Below are positions 17,962-27,585 of a stretch of 36,948 bases of DNA, piece after piece. The stretch comes from Gemmatimonadota bacterium (lineage in GTDB: Bacteria; Gemmatimonadota; Gemmatimonadetes; Palauibacterales; Palauibacteraceae). Made by a program: the position numbers and the translations under genes. The stretch spans positions 1 to 36,948 of the forward strand of contig JBDHAC010000032.1 in the NCBI GenBank assembly GCA_039588275.1. The letters are read 5' to 3'. The notes under the pieces were generated by a model that was not told the origin of the DNA, made no database searches, and saw only the letters and a list, made by a program, of their open reading frames with translations. The number at the start of each line of letters is the position of its first letter. Within the stretch, counting starts at the first letter, position 1.

Positions 17962-19788
17962 CTACGCTGTCAGCGTCCCGTCCACCGTGATCGCGACCGC
18001 CTCGGCGAGCCGAGCGGTCTCCTCCAACAGGCTGTCGAGGGCGTCACGCGTCGCGGCGGAGAACTCCTCGTCCCCGGTTTCCGGTAGGTTGATACGCACG
18101 TTGTAGGCTGCAGAGCGCGCGCCCGCATCGGCCAACAGCGCCGCCGTGCCCACGTCGCTGACCATCTGCGGATCGGACAGCGGGGCGATCTCGGCGCACA
18201 GCCTCAGGGCGTCCACGCACAGCTCGACGTTGACCAGCGGTACGCGTGTCGCTGCCTTGTAGCCCTCGCGCATGGCCTCGGCCCGCGTCTCGCGCTCTTC
18301 CTCCGTGTCTTTCGCCATGCGCATCGCCGCGATCACCGAGTCGAACGCACGCGTGTCCTCGTCCACGCCTCGAATGAGCGCATCCTTCAGCTCCTGGCCG
18401 CGCTCGGCGATCGAGCGCAGGGTCTCGTAGTGCTCGTCGAACTCACCCTTCGGGACCGAGAGATTCGCGACCATCGCGGCGAGAGCACTACCGAGTGCCC
18501 CGGCGAGCGCCGCCACCGAGCCCCCGCCCGGGGCCGGAGTGTCGCGGGAGACTTCATCCACGAAATCATAGGTGGGCCGAAGCACCAACGGCCCCTCGAT
18601 CTTCGGCAGACCCAGCACACGCTCCTCCACGTCGAACGATGAGACTTCGCGCAGCCCCATCGACTGAACCGCCGTCTCCATTAGATCGGGCACCGGGAGA
18701 CCGCTCGACCGCCTCATCCCCTGTAGGTAGAATCGGGCGGCCGACTTCATGGCCTCGTACGGAATCACGCCGACGATCTCAGATCCCGTGACCACGATCC
18801 CACGCTTTCGCGCTTCCTCGCGGGCTGCCTCCAGCACCTCGTGAGGAGGGCTCACCTTGTAGTCGGTCAGGTTGAGGCTGACCTGGGCGCGGTTGTATTC
18901 CTCGATCACCCAACCGAGGCCCTTCACGAACCTGAATCGCCCATCCTTGAAGACCGGTCCGCTGGGGCTGCCCGGATCGATCGGAATCGAGGCGTACCGT
19001 TCGCGCAGGTCACCTCCGTGGACCTCCGCGTAATGCTCGGCGAGCGCCTCGAACGACTCACCGGTGAAGTCGCAGTTCCCGCACGGATACGTGCCGTCCT
19101 CGGGAAAGCGCACCACCTCTCCCTTGTAGTAGAAAGGATCGGTGTTACCGGACCGCTTCCAGCGGCCTCGCTCCCGTAACTCGTACGCGATCTCGGTCGC
19201 GTAGCGGCGATCGGTCGTGTTCAGGTTGATGTTGTAGGCGATCAGGAACTCGCGCGCCCCCACGGCGGTGGCCCCTGCGCCGGGATTGAATCGGGCTGGA
19301 CCGTAATCGGGGGCCTCCCCCGGGTCGGCGAGCTTCGCCTCCAGGCCCTCGTATTCCCCTGCGCGCACGCTCGCGAGGTTCCGGCGCTCCGGCACCTTCG
19401 CCGCGTGCTCGTAGAGATAGACCGGGATGCCGAGCTCCTCACCGATGCGCTGGCCGACCTGACGGGCTATCTCGACGCAGTCGTCCATCGTCACGCCGGC
19501 GACGGGAACGAACGGAAGTACATCCGTAGCGCCGAATCGGGGGTGCGTGCCGTGGTGCTGCCGCATGTCGATCAGCTCGGCGGCGCGCTTCACCGCCCGG
19601 AAGGCCGCCTCGCCGATGGTCTCGGGAGGGCCGATGAAGGTGACGACCGTGCGGTTGGTGTCCGCCCCCGGATCGACGTCCAGCAGCGTGATGCCGGACA
19701 CGCCCTCGATGACGTCGGTTATCTGCTGGATGAGCGCCTCGTCCCGCCCCTCGGAGAAGTTGGGGACGCACTCGACGATTCGTTCCAT
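17962..19788 (-). CDS. ftcD: Bifunctional glutamate formimidoyltransferase / formiminotetrahydrofolate cyclodeaminase
   Basis: IVECVPNFSEGR, HHGTHPRFGATDVLPFVP, GAREFLIAYNINL; cyclodeaminase TPAPGGGSVAAL, SDVGTA, AAYNVRINL. Confidence 0.93.
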   Translation of the reverse strand: MERIVECVPNFSEGRDEALIQQITDVIEGVSGITLLDVDPGADTNRTVVTFIGPPETIGEAAFRAVKRAAELIDMRQHHGTHPRFGATDVLPFVPVAGVTMDDCVEIARQVGQRIGEELGIPVYLYEHAAKVPERRNLASVRAGEYEGLEAKLADPGEAPDYGPARFNPGAGATAVGAREFLIAYNINLNTTDRRYATEIAYELRERGRWKRSGNTDPFYYKGEVVRFPEDGTYPCGNCDFTGESFEALAEHYAEVHGGDLRERYASIPIDPGSPSGPVFKDGRFRFVKGLGWVIEEYNRAQVSLNLTDYKVSPPHEVLEAAREEARKRGIVVTGSEIVGVIPYEAMKSAARFYLQGMRRSSGLPVPDLMETAVQSMGLREVSSFDVEERVLGLPKIEGPLVLRPTYDFVDEVSRDTPAPGGGSVAALAGALGSALAAMVANLSVPKGEFDEHYETLRSIAERGQELKDALIRGVDEDTRAFDSVIAAMRMAKDTEEERETRAEAMREGYKAATRVPLVNVELCVDALRLCAEIAPLSDPQMVSDVGTAALLADAGARSAAYNVRINLPETGDEEFSAATRDALDSLLEETARLAEAVAITVDGTLTA

Positions 19789-19816
19789 CTATCTGTTCTC
19801 TCTCGGGGCTACGCTT

Positions 19817-19911
19817 AGGGCCTGGGCCGCCTCTTCCCGGGCCTGGCGCCGTCGGGATCTCGGGCCTGTGGCGCCGTCGGTTCCCGGGCCGGCCGCCCTC
19901 GGGATCTCGGG
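19817..19911. repeat. Degenerate ~23-bp tandem repeat, ~4 copies
   Basis: cgggcctggcgccgtcgggatct / cgggcctgtggcgccgtcggttcc / cgggccggccgccctcgggatct between aldolase and ftcD. Confidence 0.65.
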
Positions 19912-19912
19912 T

Positions 19913-20947
19913 TTACGCGGCCTCTCCTTCGAGGTCCGGCGACCACTGTCCGAGCGTCGCGAGCCCGTTCATCCTGGCGCGATGGCGGAACGCGGATTGG
20001 GCTGCCGGGACGTGACCGGCGTTGCCACCCCAGGCTGCCAGCGGGGCCGCCTGCAGCGCCCGCCCGTACGAGAAGCTCAGATTCCACGGGGTATCGTACG
20101 CGGCATTCATCGCGCCCAGGTGGGCCGTGGCGTCGATATCGGACTGTCCGCCGGAAAGGAACACGATGCCGGGCACCGCGGCGGGAACACCGCGCCGGAG
20201 ACACCGCACCGTCTTTTCGGCGACCTCCTCGACCCCCGCCTGGTCGGGACACAGCTTCCCCGAAAGCACCATGTTCGGCTTGAGCACGGAGCCCTCGAGG
20301 AATACGCGTTGCTCGAACAGCGCCATGTACACCTCCTTGAGGGTCCACTCGGTGGCTTCGAAGCAGCGGTCGATGTCGTGGTCCCCGTCCATCAAGACTT
20401 CGGGTTCGACGATGGGCACCAGGCCCGCCTCCTGGCTGAGCGCCGCCATGCGGGCGAGCGCATGCGCGTTGGCCCGTATGCAGTAGGCGCTCGGGATGCG
20501 CCGATCGCCTTCGCGTCCGATGTCGATGACCGCTCGCCACTTCGTGAAGCGGGCGCCAAGCTCGTAATACTCGGCCAGCCGCTCCCGCAGCCCGTCCAGC
20601 CCTTCGGTGACCTTCTCGCCCGCCGCGCCCGGCAGCGCCTTCGCGCCCATGTCGATCTTGATGCCCGGGATCGTTCCGGCACCGGAGATGAGCTGTACGA
20701 GGGGTGTGCCGTCCGCGGCACTCTGTCGGAGGGTTTCGTCGAACAGGATCACACCGGAAATGTGCTCCTGCAACGCATCCGTCGTGCGGAAGAGCATCTC
20801 TCTGTAGTCGCGACGATTCGTCTCGGTCGACTCGACGCCGATACTGTCCAGACGCTTTTTCATGGTCGGGGAGCTCTCGTCCGCCGCCAGAATCCCCTTA
20901 CCCTTGATCACCATTCCTTCCGCGACTTGTACCAGCTGATCGGCCAT
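19913..20947 (-). CDS. Class I fructose-bisphosphate aldolase
   Basis: KGILAADES, ISGVILFDETL, GARFTKWRAV, LVPIVEPEVL, LKPNMV (Schiff-base Lys), FLSGGQS, SFSYGRALQ; GGAGG RBS before ATG 20947. Confidence 0.93.
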   Translation of the reverse strand: MADQLVQVAEGMVIKGKGILAADESSPTMKKRLDSIGVESTETNRRDYREMLFRTTDALQEHISGVILFDETLRQSAADGTPLVQLISGAGTIPGIKIDMGAKALPGAAGEKVTEGLDGLRERLAEYYELGARFTKWRAVIDIGREGDRRIPSAYCIRANAHALARMAALSQEAGLVPIVEPEVLMDGDHDIDRCFEATEWTLKEVYMALFEQRVFLEGSVLKPNMVLSGKLCPDQAGVEEVAEKTVRCLRRGVPAAVPGIVFLSGGQSDIDATAHLGAMNAAYDTPWNLSFSYGRALQAAPLAAWGGNAGHVPAAQSAFRHRARMNGLATLGQWSPDLEGEAA

Positions 20948-21101
20948 GGATCGCCTCCGCGTGTTCTTGCCATCGGGACTCGCGCGCGGCCCGAGCGTAA
21001 GAGTAACCTGATCCGACTCCGCCACGGCCAGCGTCAGCCGGACGCCAGCCGTCGGGACAGAGTAGGGGAGCAAATCTGCCGCGGGGTAACTGACGCCGTC
21101 A

Positions 21102-23882
21102 ATGAAGCCCCAGCCGCGTGAGAGCGACACGAAAGTGACCGAGTCGGTCGTCAGGGGCCGCTCGCCTGTGTGGATCGGGCGCGCGTTGGCCTGGTGGGCC
21201 CGGTGGGTTATGCGGCACGCGGCGTGGATCGTGGCCGCGACCCCGCTCGTCGCGGGAGCCCTTCTCCTGTACGCCGTTCGGAACCTGGGTGTCGACACCG
21301 ACACCGGCCGCATGGTCAACGACGATCTCGCGTACCGACGGGCGTATCTCACGTACCAGGCCGAATTCCCGAGCCGCCAGGACGAGATGCTCATCCTGGT
21401 ACAGGGAGTGACACCCGACGTCGCGGAAGATGCCACCCGGGCGCTCGCGGCCGAGCTTCGCCGGGACACGACCGTGTTCGAATCCGTCTACCGGCCGGGC
21501 GGCGGGCCGTTCTTCGAGCGCCAGGCGCTCCTCTACCTGGATGCCGACAGCCTCGCACAGATGGTAGACCGTGTGGAGGAGGTGGCGGATTGGCTGCGAG
21601 ACCTGGAGCGAGACCCGACGCTTGACGGTCTCGAGGCGACGCTCACCCGTGCCATGCGGGAGGAGCCCGACGCCGATCTGCGTCCATTCCTCGGCCTGAT
21701 CGCCGCATCCGTGTATGCGGCGACCGAGGGGAGCTTCCGCCCCGTCTCCTGGCAGGCGTTGCTGCAGGGGCGGCCTTCGGAGCCCTCGGAGCGGCGACGC
21801 ACGATCATCGTGAGGCCGCGCGCCAACGGTGCAGTACTTCCAGCCGGTGAGGCGATCGATCGAATCCGGGAGCTCGTGTCGCAGTTGGGTCTGGTGAAGC
21901 GGAACGGGGTAGAGGTTCGCCTGACCGGCACGACGGCGATCGAGCACGAAGAGCTACTGACCGCCGTGGGAGGCGTCCGTCAGGCGGGGCTGCTCGCGCT
22001 GGTGATGGTGATCGGCATCCTCTACCTGGGACTGCGCTCCTGGCGTCTCATGGCCGCATCTCTCGCCAGCCTCATCTTCGGTCTCATCGGGACCTCGGCG
22101 TTCGCCGCCTTTGCGGTCGGTGACCTGAACCTGATCTCCGTCGCGTTCGCCGTGCTGTACATCGGACTGGGCATCGATTACGCGATCCACCTTTGTCTGC
22201 GGTATCGCGAGCTGAGGCTCCTCGGCGAAGGTTCCGACTACGCGCTCCAGCACGCGGTTCGACAGATCGGCGCATCTCTGACGCTGAGCGCCGTCACGAC
22301 CGCCGCTTGCTTCTACGCGTTCATCCCGACGGACTTCGCGGGCGTCTCGGAGCTGGGGGTCATCGGCGGAACCGGGATGTTCGTGAGCCTGGTGACGACG
22401 CTCACTCTTCTCCCGGCGATCCTCCATATCCTGCCCATGCGCACGGGCGATGCCGAGCGTCGGGCAAGGGCTCCGAGAGGTCTTCCCCATGCCGGCCGCT
22501 TCGTCCAACGGGTAGCGCGCCCGATCCTGGGCGTCGCGGGTGCGCTGACGCTGGTGTCGTTCGCCCTGGCGCCCCGTGCGCGATTCAACCACAACCCTCT
22601 CGATCTTCGGGATCCGGACACGGAGTCCGTGCTGGCTTACCGGCTGCTCCTCGCAGACACCGTTGCCAAGCCGCTCACGATCTCGATCCTGCGACCCGAC
22701 CCGGAGACCGCACGAGAGACCGCCGAGCTGGTGGAGGCGCTCCCCGAGGTGGACGGGGTTCGTCTGCTGGAAGACTTCGTACCGGGCGAGCAGGCGGCGA
22801 AGCTGGGCCACATCGCGAGGCTCGATTCGATCCTGAGTTCCCCACGGAGTGAAAGCGGCTCGAGCGCCGTCGATGGCGCCGACGACGCATTGCTCCGGCT
22901 CCAGGCCAGTCTGACCCGGTATCGCTGGCAGGCGACGCCCGAAGGTGCAGCCCTCGCGCGCCAACTGTATCACCTCCTGCGTCGCTGGGAGCGAAGGGTA
23001 GCCGAGTGGGCGCCCGGCAACCGCGCGGACCACTCGGAGAGGCTCGAAGAGGCGCTGGTCGGGTCGCTGCCAGGTCGGCTCGCTGCTCTGCGCGCTGCCC
23101 TCGATGCCCGGCCGGTGGATCAGACCATGCTACCCGACGAGCTTCGAGATCGGTGGATCGGCGTCAACGGACAGCACCGGGTCGAAGTCCTCCCTCGCGA
23201 GAGCCTGGAGACGACCGATCAACTCCGACGCTTCATCGATGATGTGCGCACCGTCGCCACCGACGTGACCGGAGCCCCGGTCAGCGAGCTCGAGACCGGC
23301 CGGGTGGCGGTCGGATCGTTCCGCACGGCGCTCTTCTGGGCGGGTATCGCGGTGTCGGTGCTATTGCTGCTCCTGTTTCGATCAATCGCCGGTGCTTCGC
23401 TCGTGGTCGGTCCCCTGGTCGTGGCCGGATTGTGGACGGGAGCGGCGATGGTCGCTTTCGGTTTGAGATTCAACTTCGCGAACGTCATCGCCCTTCCACT
23501 GCTGCTCGGCGTCGGGGTCGACAACGGGATCCACATGGTCCACAGAATCCGCTTCGGCGGCGCGAGTGAGAATCCTGGCGGCGAGAATCCAGGCGGTGGG
23601 AATCCAGGCGGTGGGAATCCGGGTGGTGGTGGGACCGCCAGTCGTGGTGGGATCACCGCCGCCCCTGGGATCGCCGGTGGTCCGCTGGCCACCAGCACGG
23701 CGCGGGCCGTCCTCTACAGCACGCTCACGACGATCGCGAGCTTCGGCAACCTGGCGTTCGCGACCCACGTGGGAATCTCGAGCATGGGAAAGCTCCTCAC
23801 GATCGGAATGTTGTGCGTGCTGGCCGCGACGCTGGCCGTGCTACCGGCGCTCCTGGCCGTGAGGCCAGGAGCAGGCCGCTGA
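21102..23882 (+). CDS. MMPL/RND family transporter, HpnN (hopanoid transporter)-like
   Basis: LNLISVAFAVLYIGLGIDYAIH, PTDFAGVSELG, FNHNPLDLRDP..ESV, NFANVIALPLLLGVGVDNGIH; two TM bundles. Confidence 0.85.
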   Translation: MKPQPRESDTKVTESVVRGRSPVWIGRALAWWARWVMRHAAWIVAATPLVAGALLLYAVRNLGVDTDTGRMVNDDLAYRRAYLTYQAEFPSRQDEMLILVQGVTPDVAEDATRALAAELRRDTTVFESVYRPGGGPFFERQALLYLDADSLAQMVDRVEEVADWLRDLERDPTLDGLEATLTRAMREEPDADLRPFLGLIAASVYAATEGSFRPVSWQALLQGRPSEPSERRRTIIVRPRANGAVLPAGEAIDRIRELVSQLGLVKRNGVEVRLTGTTAIEHEELLTAVGGVRQAGLLALVMVIGILYLGLRSWRLMAASLASLIFGLIGTSAFAAFAVGDLNLISVAFAVLYIGLGIDYAIHLCLRYRELRLLGEGSDYALQHAVRQIGASLTLSAVTTAACFYAFIPTDFAGVSELGVIGGTGMFVSLVTTLTLLPAILHILPMRTGDAERRARAPRGLPHAGRFVQRVARPILGVAGALTLVSFALAPRARFNHNPLDLRDPDTESVLAYRLLLADTVAKPLTISILRPDPETARETAELVEALPEVDGVRLLEDFVPGEQAAKLGHIARLDSILSSPRSESGSSAVDGADDALLRLQASLTRYRWQATPEGAALARQLYHLLRRWERRVAEWAPGNRADHSERLEEALVGSLPGRLAALRAALDARPVDQTMLPDELRDRWIGVNGQHRVEVLPRESLETTDQLRRFIDDVRTVATDVTGAPVSELETGRVAVGSFRTALFWAGIAVSVLLLLLFRSIAGASLVVGPLVVAGLWTGAAMVAFGLRFNFANVIALPLLLGVGVDNGIHMVHRIRFGGASENPGGENPGGGNPGGGNPGGGGTASRGGITAAPGIAGGPLATSTARAVLYSTLTTIASFGNLAFATHVGISSMGKLLTIGMLCVLAATLAVLPALLAVRPGAGR
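23568..23627 (+). repeat. In-frame 15-bp tandem repeat x4 encoding (E/G)NPGG
   Basis: gagaatcctggcggc gagaatccaggcggt gggaatccaggcggt gggaatccgggtggt. Confidence 0.85.
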
Positions 23883-23908
23883 GAAGAGACCCGAACGGCC
23901 CGCTTTCG

Positions 23909-24322
23909 CTATGCCGGTGCGGGATCCTCCTCCGGCATGACATCCCAGATGAAGGGTGCGGAGGAAGTGACGGTGATGCCGAGCAATTCTACGGTCGGTA
24001 GGGGATCGGGCTCGGGGTCGGGTCCCGAGAAGTGGTCGGCCTTCATGTCGTAACAGCCCGCTTCGACCGTGAAGCTCTTGGAGGTCCCAACGTCGATGAC
24101 GCCTTCGATAGGATCGTTGGGGAGTCGATCGGAGCCCCACACCGCCGCCCCGCAGGTCTTGAAGAAGACTCGCAGAATCTTGCCGTTCGTCAGGTTCCGA
24201 ACCGTGATCGTTGCGGGGTCCTGTATGAGGGGTCCTCCCTCGTCGCCTCCGCACGCGGCCAGGGGCGCGCCCACGGCGATCGTCGCAAGCAGTGCTACGG
24301 TCCTGAACCTGGTGCCACTCAT
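23909..24322 (-). CDS. Hypothetical lipoprotein
   Basis: GGAG RBS; signal peptide with lipobox LAAC-GG; beta-rich domain with two further Cys (KTCG, AGCYD). Confidence 0.7.
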   Translation of the reverse strand: MSGTRFRTVALLATIAVGAPLAACGGDEGGPLIQDPATITVRNLTNGKILRVFFKTCGAAVWGSDRLPNDPIEGVIDVGTSKSFTVEAGCYDMKADHFSGPDPEPDPLPTVELLGITVTSSAPFIWDVMPEEDPAPA

Positions 24323-24550
24323 CGTTCGCTCCATCTCGCTCGATTCGTACTGAATCGGCCAGCGTGTCAGGGAAGAGTCACGGGCAAGGTCGATGGGGAA
24401 AATATGCCCCCCCCGCCGCCATCGGGCCAGCTTCACGTGCCGCCGGAGGTGGCACGCGCGGGGTGCGGTGCCGATCTTGCCCCCGCCGGACAAGCGGGTT
24501 CGACCCTCCCGGGCGATCTCCGACGCAACTGGGAACGAACGAGACGTGGC

Positions 24551-25864
24551 GTGAGTGACACTTCCATCTGGTTCCACACCTTCGGGTGCAAGGCGAACCA
24601 GTACGACACGGAACGCATACGGCAGGAGCTCGAAGGTTGCGGCGCAGAGGCGTCCGCGGTGGACCGCGCCCGTGTGGCGGTGGTCAATACTTGCACGGTC
24701 ACGAACCAGGCCGATGCCGATGCGAGGCACCTGATCCGTCGGCTCAGGCGGCGCCATCCGCAGATGACGATCCTCGTGGCCGGGTGCTCGGCCGCTCTGC
24801 GCGAGTCCGACTACCGAGCGATGTCCGAAGTGGATGGCGTCGTACCGGGTCAGGATCCGGAGCTCGTAGCACGGGCGCTGACGGAACTCGGCGTCATCGA
24901 TGCGCCCACGAGCCTCGGTCCGCGCACGCTCCGGCGCAGTTCGAAGGGCACGCGTGGATGGCTGAAGGTGCAGGACGGATGCGACCGGAGATGCTCCTTC
25001 TGCGCGACCCGCCTCGCCCGCGGGGCCAGTCGCTCGAGGCCCGTGGACGAGATCGTGCGAGAGGCCGAGCAGCTGTCCGACGTACACCCCGAGCTCGTCC
25101 TGACGGGGATTCACATCGGCCACTACGGCCGCGACCTGGATCCGCCCTCCACGCTGGCCCGACTCTGCGAGAGGTTGCTCGAGAAGGTCCCGGTACGACT
25201 CCGGCTTTCGTCCGTCGAAGCGACCGAGATCGACGATCACATGCTGGAGCTGATGGCGCGGTCCGGCGGCCAGCTGGCGCCGCACCTCCATGTTCCGCTA
25301 CAGAGCGGCAGCGACCGCGTCCTGAGCTTGATGCGACGTTGGCATACCAGGAGCGCGTACCGTCGCAGGGTGCTGGAGATCGCCGGCTGTCTGCCTCGCC
25401 TCGGATTGGGTGCCGACGTGATCGTCGGGTTCCCCGGCGAGGGAGAGGCGGAGTTCGCGGCCACGCGGTCGTTGATCGAAGAGCTTCCGTACACCTATCT
25501 GCACGTGTTTCCGTTCTCGGTTCGCGATGGGACCGCAGCGGCCGCGTTGCCGGATCGCGTCCCCGGCGACGTGGCGGCCGCCCGCTCTCGGGAGCTGCGT
25601 GAGATCGGGCTCGACAAGGGCCGGCGATACCGGGCCGGGCGAGTGGGGCAGACCGCGGATGTCGTGTTGGAGGGCGCGGACAGGGTCAAGGGGGGGCTGA
25701 CGGGCGACTATCTGCGGGTGGAGATTCGGAGCGACGGCGTGTCGCCGGGCGACCGACGGACGATGGTCCTGGAGTCGGAGGGCGAGATCCTGTACGCGCG
25801 CCCACCGGCTATCGGCCCGGCCGTCCGGAGCCCACGGAGCCTCCCGATAGCGAAGGCCGTCTAG
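24551..25864 (+). CDS. mtaB: tRNA ms2t6A methylthiotransferase (radical SAM, MtaB type)
   Basis: HTFGCKANQYD, VNTCTVT, VAGC, LKVQDGCDRRCSFC, LHVPLQSGSD, DVIVGFPGE, LHVFPFS; GTG start. Confidence 0.88.
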   Translation: MSDTSIWFHTFGCKANQYDTERIRQELEGCGAEASAVDRARVAVVNTCTVTNQADADARHLIRRLRRRHPQMTILVAGCSAALRESDYRAMSEVDGVVPGQDPELVARALTELGVIDAPTSLGPRTLRRSSKGTRGWLKVQDGCDRRCSFCATRLARGASRSRPVDEIVREAEQLSDVHPELVLTGIHIGHYGRDLDPPSTLARLCERLLEKVPVRLRLSSVEATEIDDHMLELMARSGGQLAPHLHVPLQSGSDRVLSLMRRWHTRSAYRRRVLEIAGCLPRLGLGADVIVGFPGEGEAEFAATRSLIEELPYTYLHVFPFSVRDGTAAAALPDRVPGDVAAARSRELREIGLDKGRRYRAGRVGQTADVVLEGADRVKGGLTGDYLRVEIRSDGVSPGDRRTMVLESEGEILYARPPAIGPAVRSPRSLPIAKAV

Positions 25865-25867
25865 CGA

Positions 25868-25912
25868 CCCTGACAGCGAAAGCCGTCCAGGGCCCCTGAC
25901 AGCGAAAGTCGT
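25868..25912. repeat. 19-bp direct repeat CCCTGACAGCGAAAGYCGT x2
   Basis: Two copies with 26-bp period between convergent mtaB and DUF2911 stops. Confidence 0.7.
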
Positions 25913-25923
25913 ACTTGGCGCGA

Positions 25924-26463
25924 TTACTCCGCGCTGACGTTGAACGCCAGGAGCGCCCTGGTGCTCGCCCATTCGAAGACGATGACCCCGTCGGTATCCT
26001 CGCCTTCGCGGACGGATATCGTGAACCTTTCGACCGGCTCCGAGATGCTCTCCACCGCCATCGGCAAGCGAACGAGATCCTGGCTCTCGTCGTAGGCCGT
26101 TCCCCACTGCCCGGTCTGGCGGTTGATGATCAGGGTCCAACCGTCCTCCTCCGGGATCGTGTACAGCGTGTACTCACCCGCTGCGACTCGAACCTCACCG
26201 ATCACCAGGTCGGCGGCGCTACGCAGGTGGGTGGCTTCGTTCGCGCCAGTTCGCCAGACGCTTCCGAAGGGCACCAACGCGCCAAAGATCTCGCGCCCCC
26301 GCATGGCGGGACGACCGTACTGGATCTCGATTTGATGCCCGGCGATCGTGGCCCGCGCGTGATCGAGCGGGCTGGCACGCTGCGCATCCAGCGAGCCGGC
26401 GGTCGCTAGAAGAGACAGAGCGCCCAATGCTCCCGGCCGAACCTTTTTCCCCATTGCCTTCAT
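25924..26463 (-). CDS. DUF2911 domain exported protein
   Basis: QRASP, IQYGRPAMRGREIFGALVPFGSVWRTGANEAT, GEYTLYTIP..WTLIIN, QWGTAYD; GGAGG RBS. Confidence 0.88.
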   Translation of the reverse strand: MKAMGKKVRPGALGALSLLATAGSLDAQRASPLDHARATIAGHQIEIQYGRPAMRGREIFGALVPFGSVWRTGANEATHLRSAADLVIGEVRVAAGEYTLYTIPEEDGWTLIINRQTGQWGTAYDESQDLVRLPMAVESISEPVERFTISVREGEDTDGVIVFEWASTRALLAFNVSAE

Positions 26464-26557
26464 GACCCTTTCCTCCGCCTGCGCGCCAGTCTCTCGCTCG
26501 GGGATATCCACCATCAGCTCGTTGGAATCCGAACGAGCCTGACGCCTGACCGGCACC

Positions 26558-27391
26558 TTACGCGGTACGCCTCGGGCTCGCGAGAGACTCACCTCCATCT
26601 ACCACGAAGATCGCCCCCGTGATCCAGTCTCCGGCCGGTGAGGCGAGGAACGTCACCATGTTCCCGATGTCCTCCGCAGTCCCCAGACGCCCGGCCGGGA
26701 TGAAGCTCCAGGCGAACTCCTCGCCCGCCCGCTCGTCGAACAGGTCCGGCGTCCGCTCGCTCAACGCGGCGAACGCCTTCTTGACGCCTTCGGTGGGGAT
26801 CGGTCCAGGCGCCACCGCGTTCACGGTGATCCCGAAGCGCCCCCATTCAAGGGCGAGCGTGCGGGTGAGCGCGTCCACGCCCGCTTTGGCGGCGGTTGCG
26901 TGCGCCATCTGTGGCCAGCCGCGGTAGTGCAGCGTCATCGAGGTGGACACGATCCTCCCGTACCCCTGCTCCTGCATCACGGGGAACGCCGCCTGGCACC
27001 CGAAGAACGTGCCGAACAGATCGATCTCGACCACCGCCCGCCACCCGTTCGGGGACAGATCGGCCGAGGGCGAGTAGAAATTCCCGGCCGCGTTGTTCAC
27101 GAGCACGTCGAGACTGCCGAACGCCTCGACGACCGCGGCGACCGCGGTCTTCAGCGCCTCGGGATCCCTCACGTCCGCCGGGATCGTCAGAACCGATCCC
27201 GCGTGCCGTTCTCGCAACGTGCCGGCGGCGCCCTCGAGTCGCTCCGCGCTCCGGCCCAGGATAGCGACCGACGCGCCGCAACCCGCGAGACAATGGGCGA
27301 TGCCCAGACCGATACCGCTGCCGCCCCCGGTGATCAACGCGACTTGCCCCTCGAGCAGATCGGGAGCGAAGACCCTCTTCTCGTCAGTCAT
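26558..27391 (-). CDS. SDR oxidoreductase, 2,4-dienoyl-CoA reductase-like
   Basis: ALITGGGSGIG, NNAAGNF, LSPNGWRAVVEIDL, AAKAGV, VAPGPI; start ATG 27391 with GAGG. Confidence 0.85.
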   Translation of the reverse strand: MTDEKRVFAPDLLEGQVALITGGGSGIGLGIAHCLAGCGASVAILGRSAERLEGAAGTLRERHAGSVLTIPADVRDPEALKTAVAAVVEAFGSLDVLVNNAAGNFYSPSADLSPNGWRAVVEIDLFGTFFGCQAAFPVMQEQGYGRIVSTSMTLHYRGWPQMAHATAAKAGVDALTRTLALEWGRFGITVNAVAPGPIPTEGVKKAFAALSERTPDLFDERAGEEFAWSFIPAGRLGTAEDIGNMVTFLASPAGDWITGAIFVVDGGESLASPRRTA

Positions 27392-27422
27392 CTGGAACCT
27401 CTTCGTTTCGCGAGTTCGGCAC

Positions 27423-27585
27423 CTCTCGGAGCCCAAGCCAGCATCTCTCGGAGCCCAAGCCAGCATCTCTCGGAGCCCAAGCCAGCATCTCTCGGAGCCC
27501 AAGCCAGCGTCTCTCGGAGCCCAAGCCAGCGTCTCTCGGAGCCCAAGCCAGCATCTCTCGGAGCCCAAGCCAGCATCTCTCGGAG
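27423..27585. repeat. 22-bp tandem array CTCTCGGAGCCCAAGCCAGCRT x7 plus a 9-bp partial copy
   Basis: Copies start at 27423, 27445, 27467, 27489, 27511, 27533, 27555, partial at 27577; only copies 4 and 5 differ (A>G); no spacers. Confidence 0.97.

Noticed and set aside
20948..21469. Extended aldolase N-terminus, and the 524-aa antisense ORF 19547..21121
   Set aside because: Overlap real genes on the opposite strand; aldolase homology begins at 20947 with a GGAGG RBS
24032..24550. Long N-terminal extension of mtaB, and the 460-aa antisense ORF 23909..25291
   Set aside because: Shadow frames in high-GC DNA; recognisable proteins start at 24551 (+) and 24322 (-)
27423..27585. CRISPR array
   Set aside because: Repeats are directly adjacent with no unique spacers, and there are no cas genes
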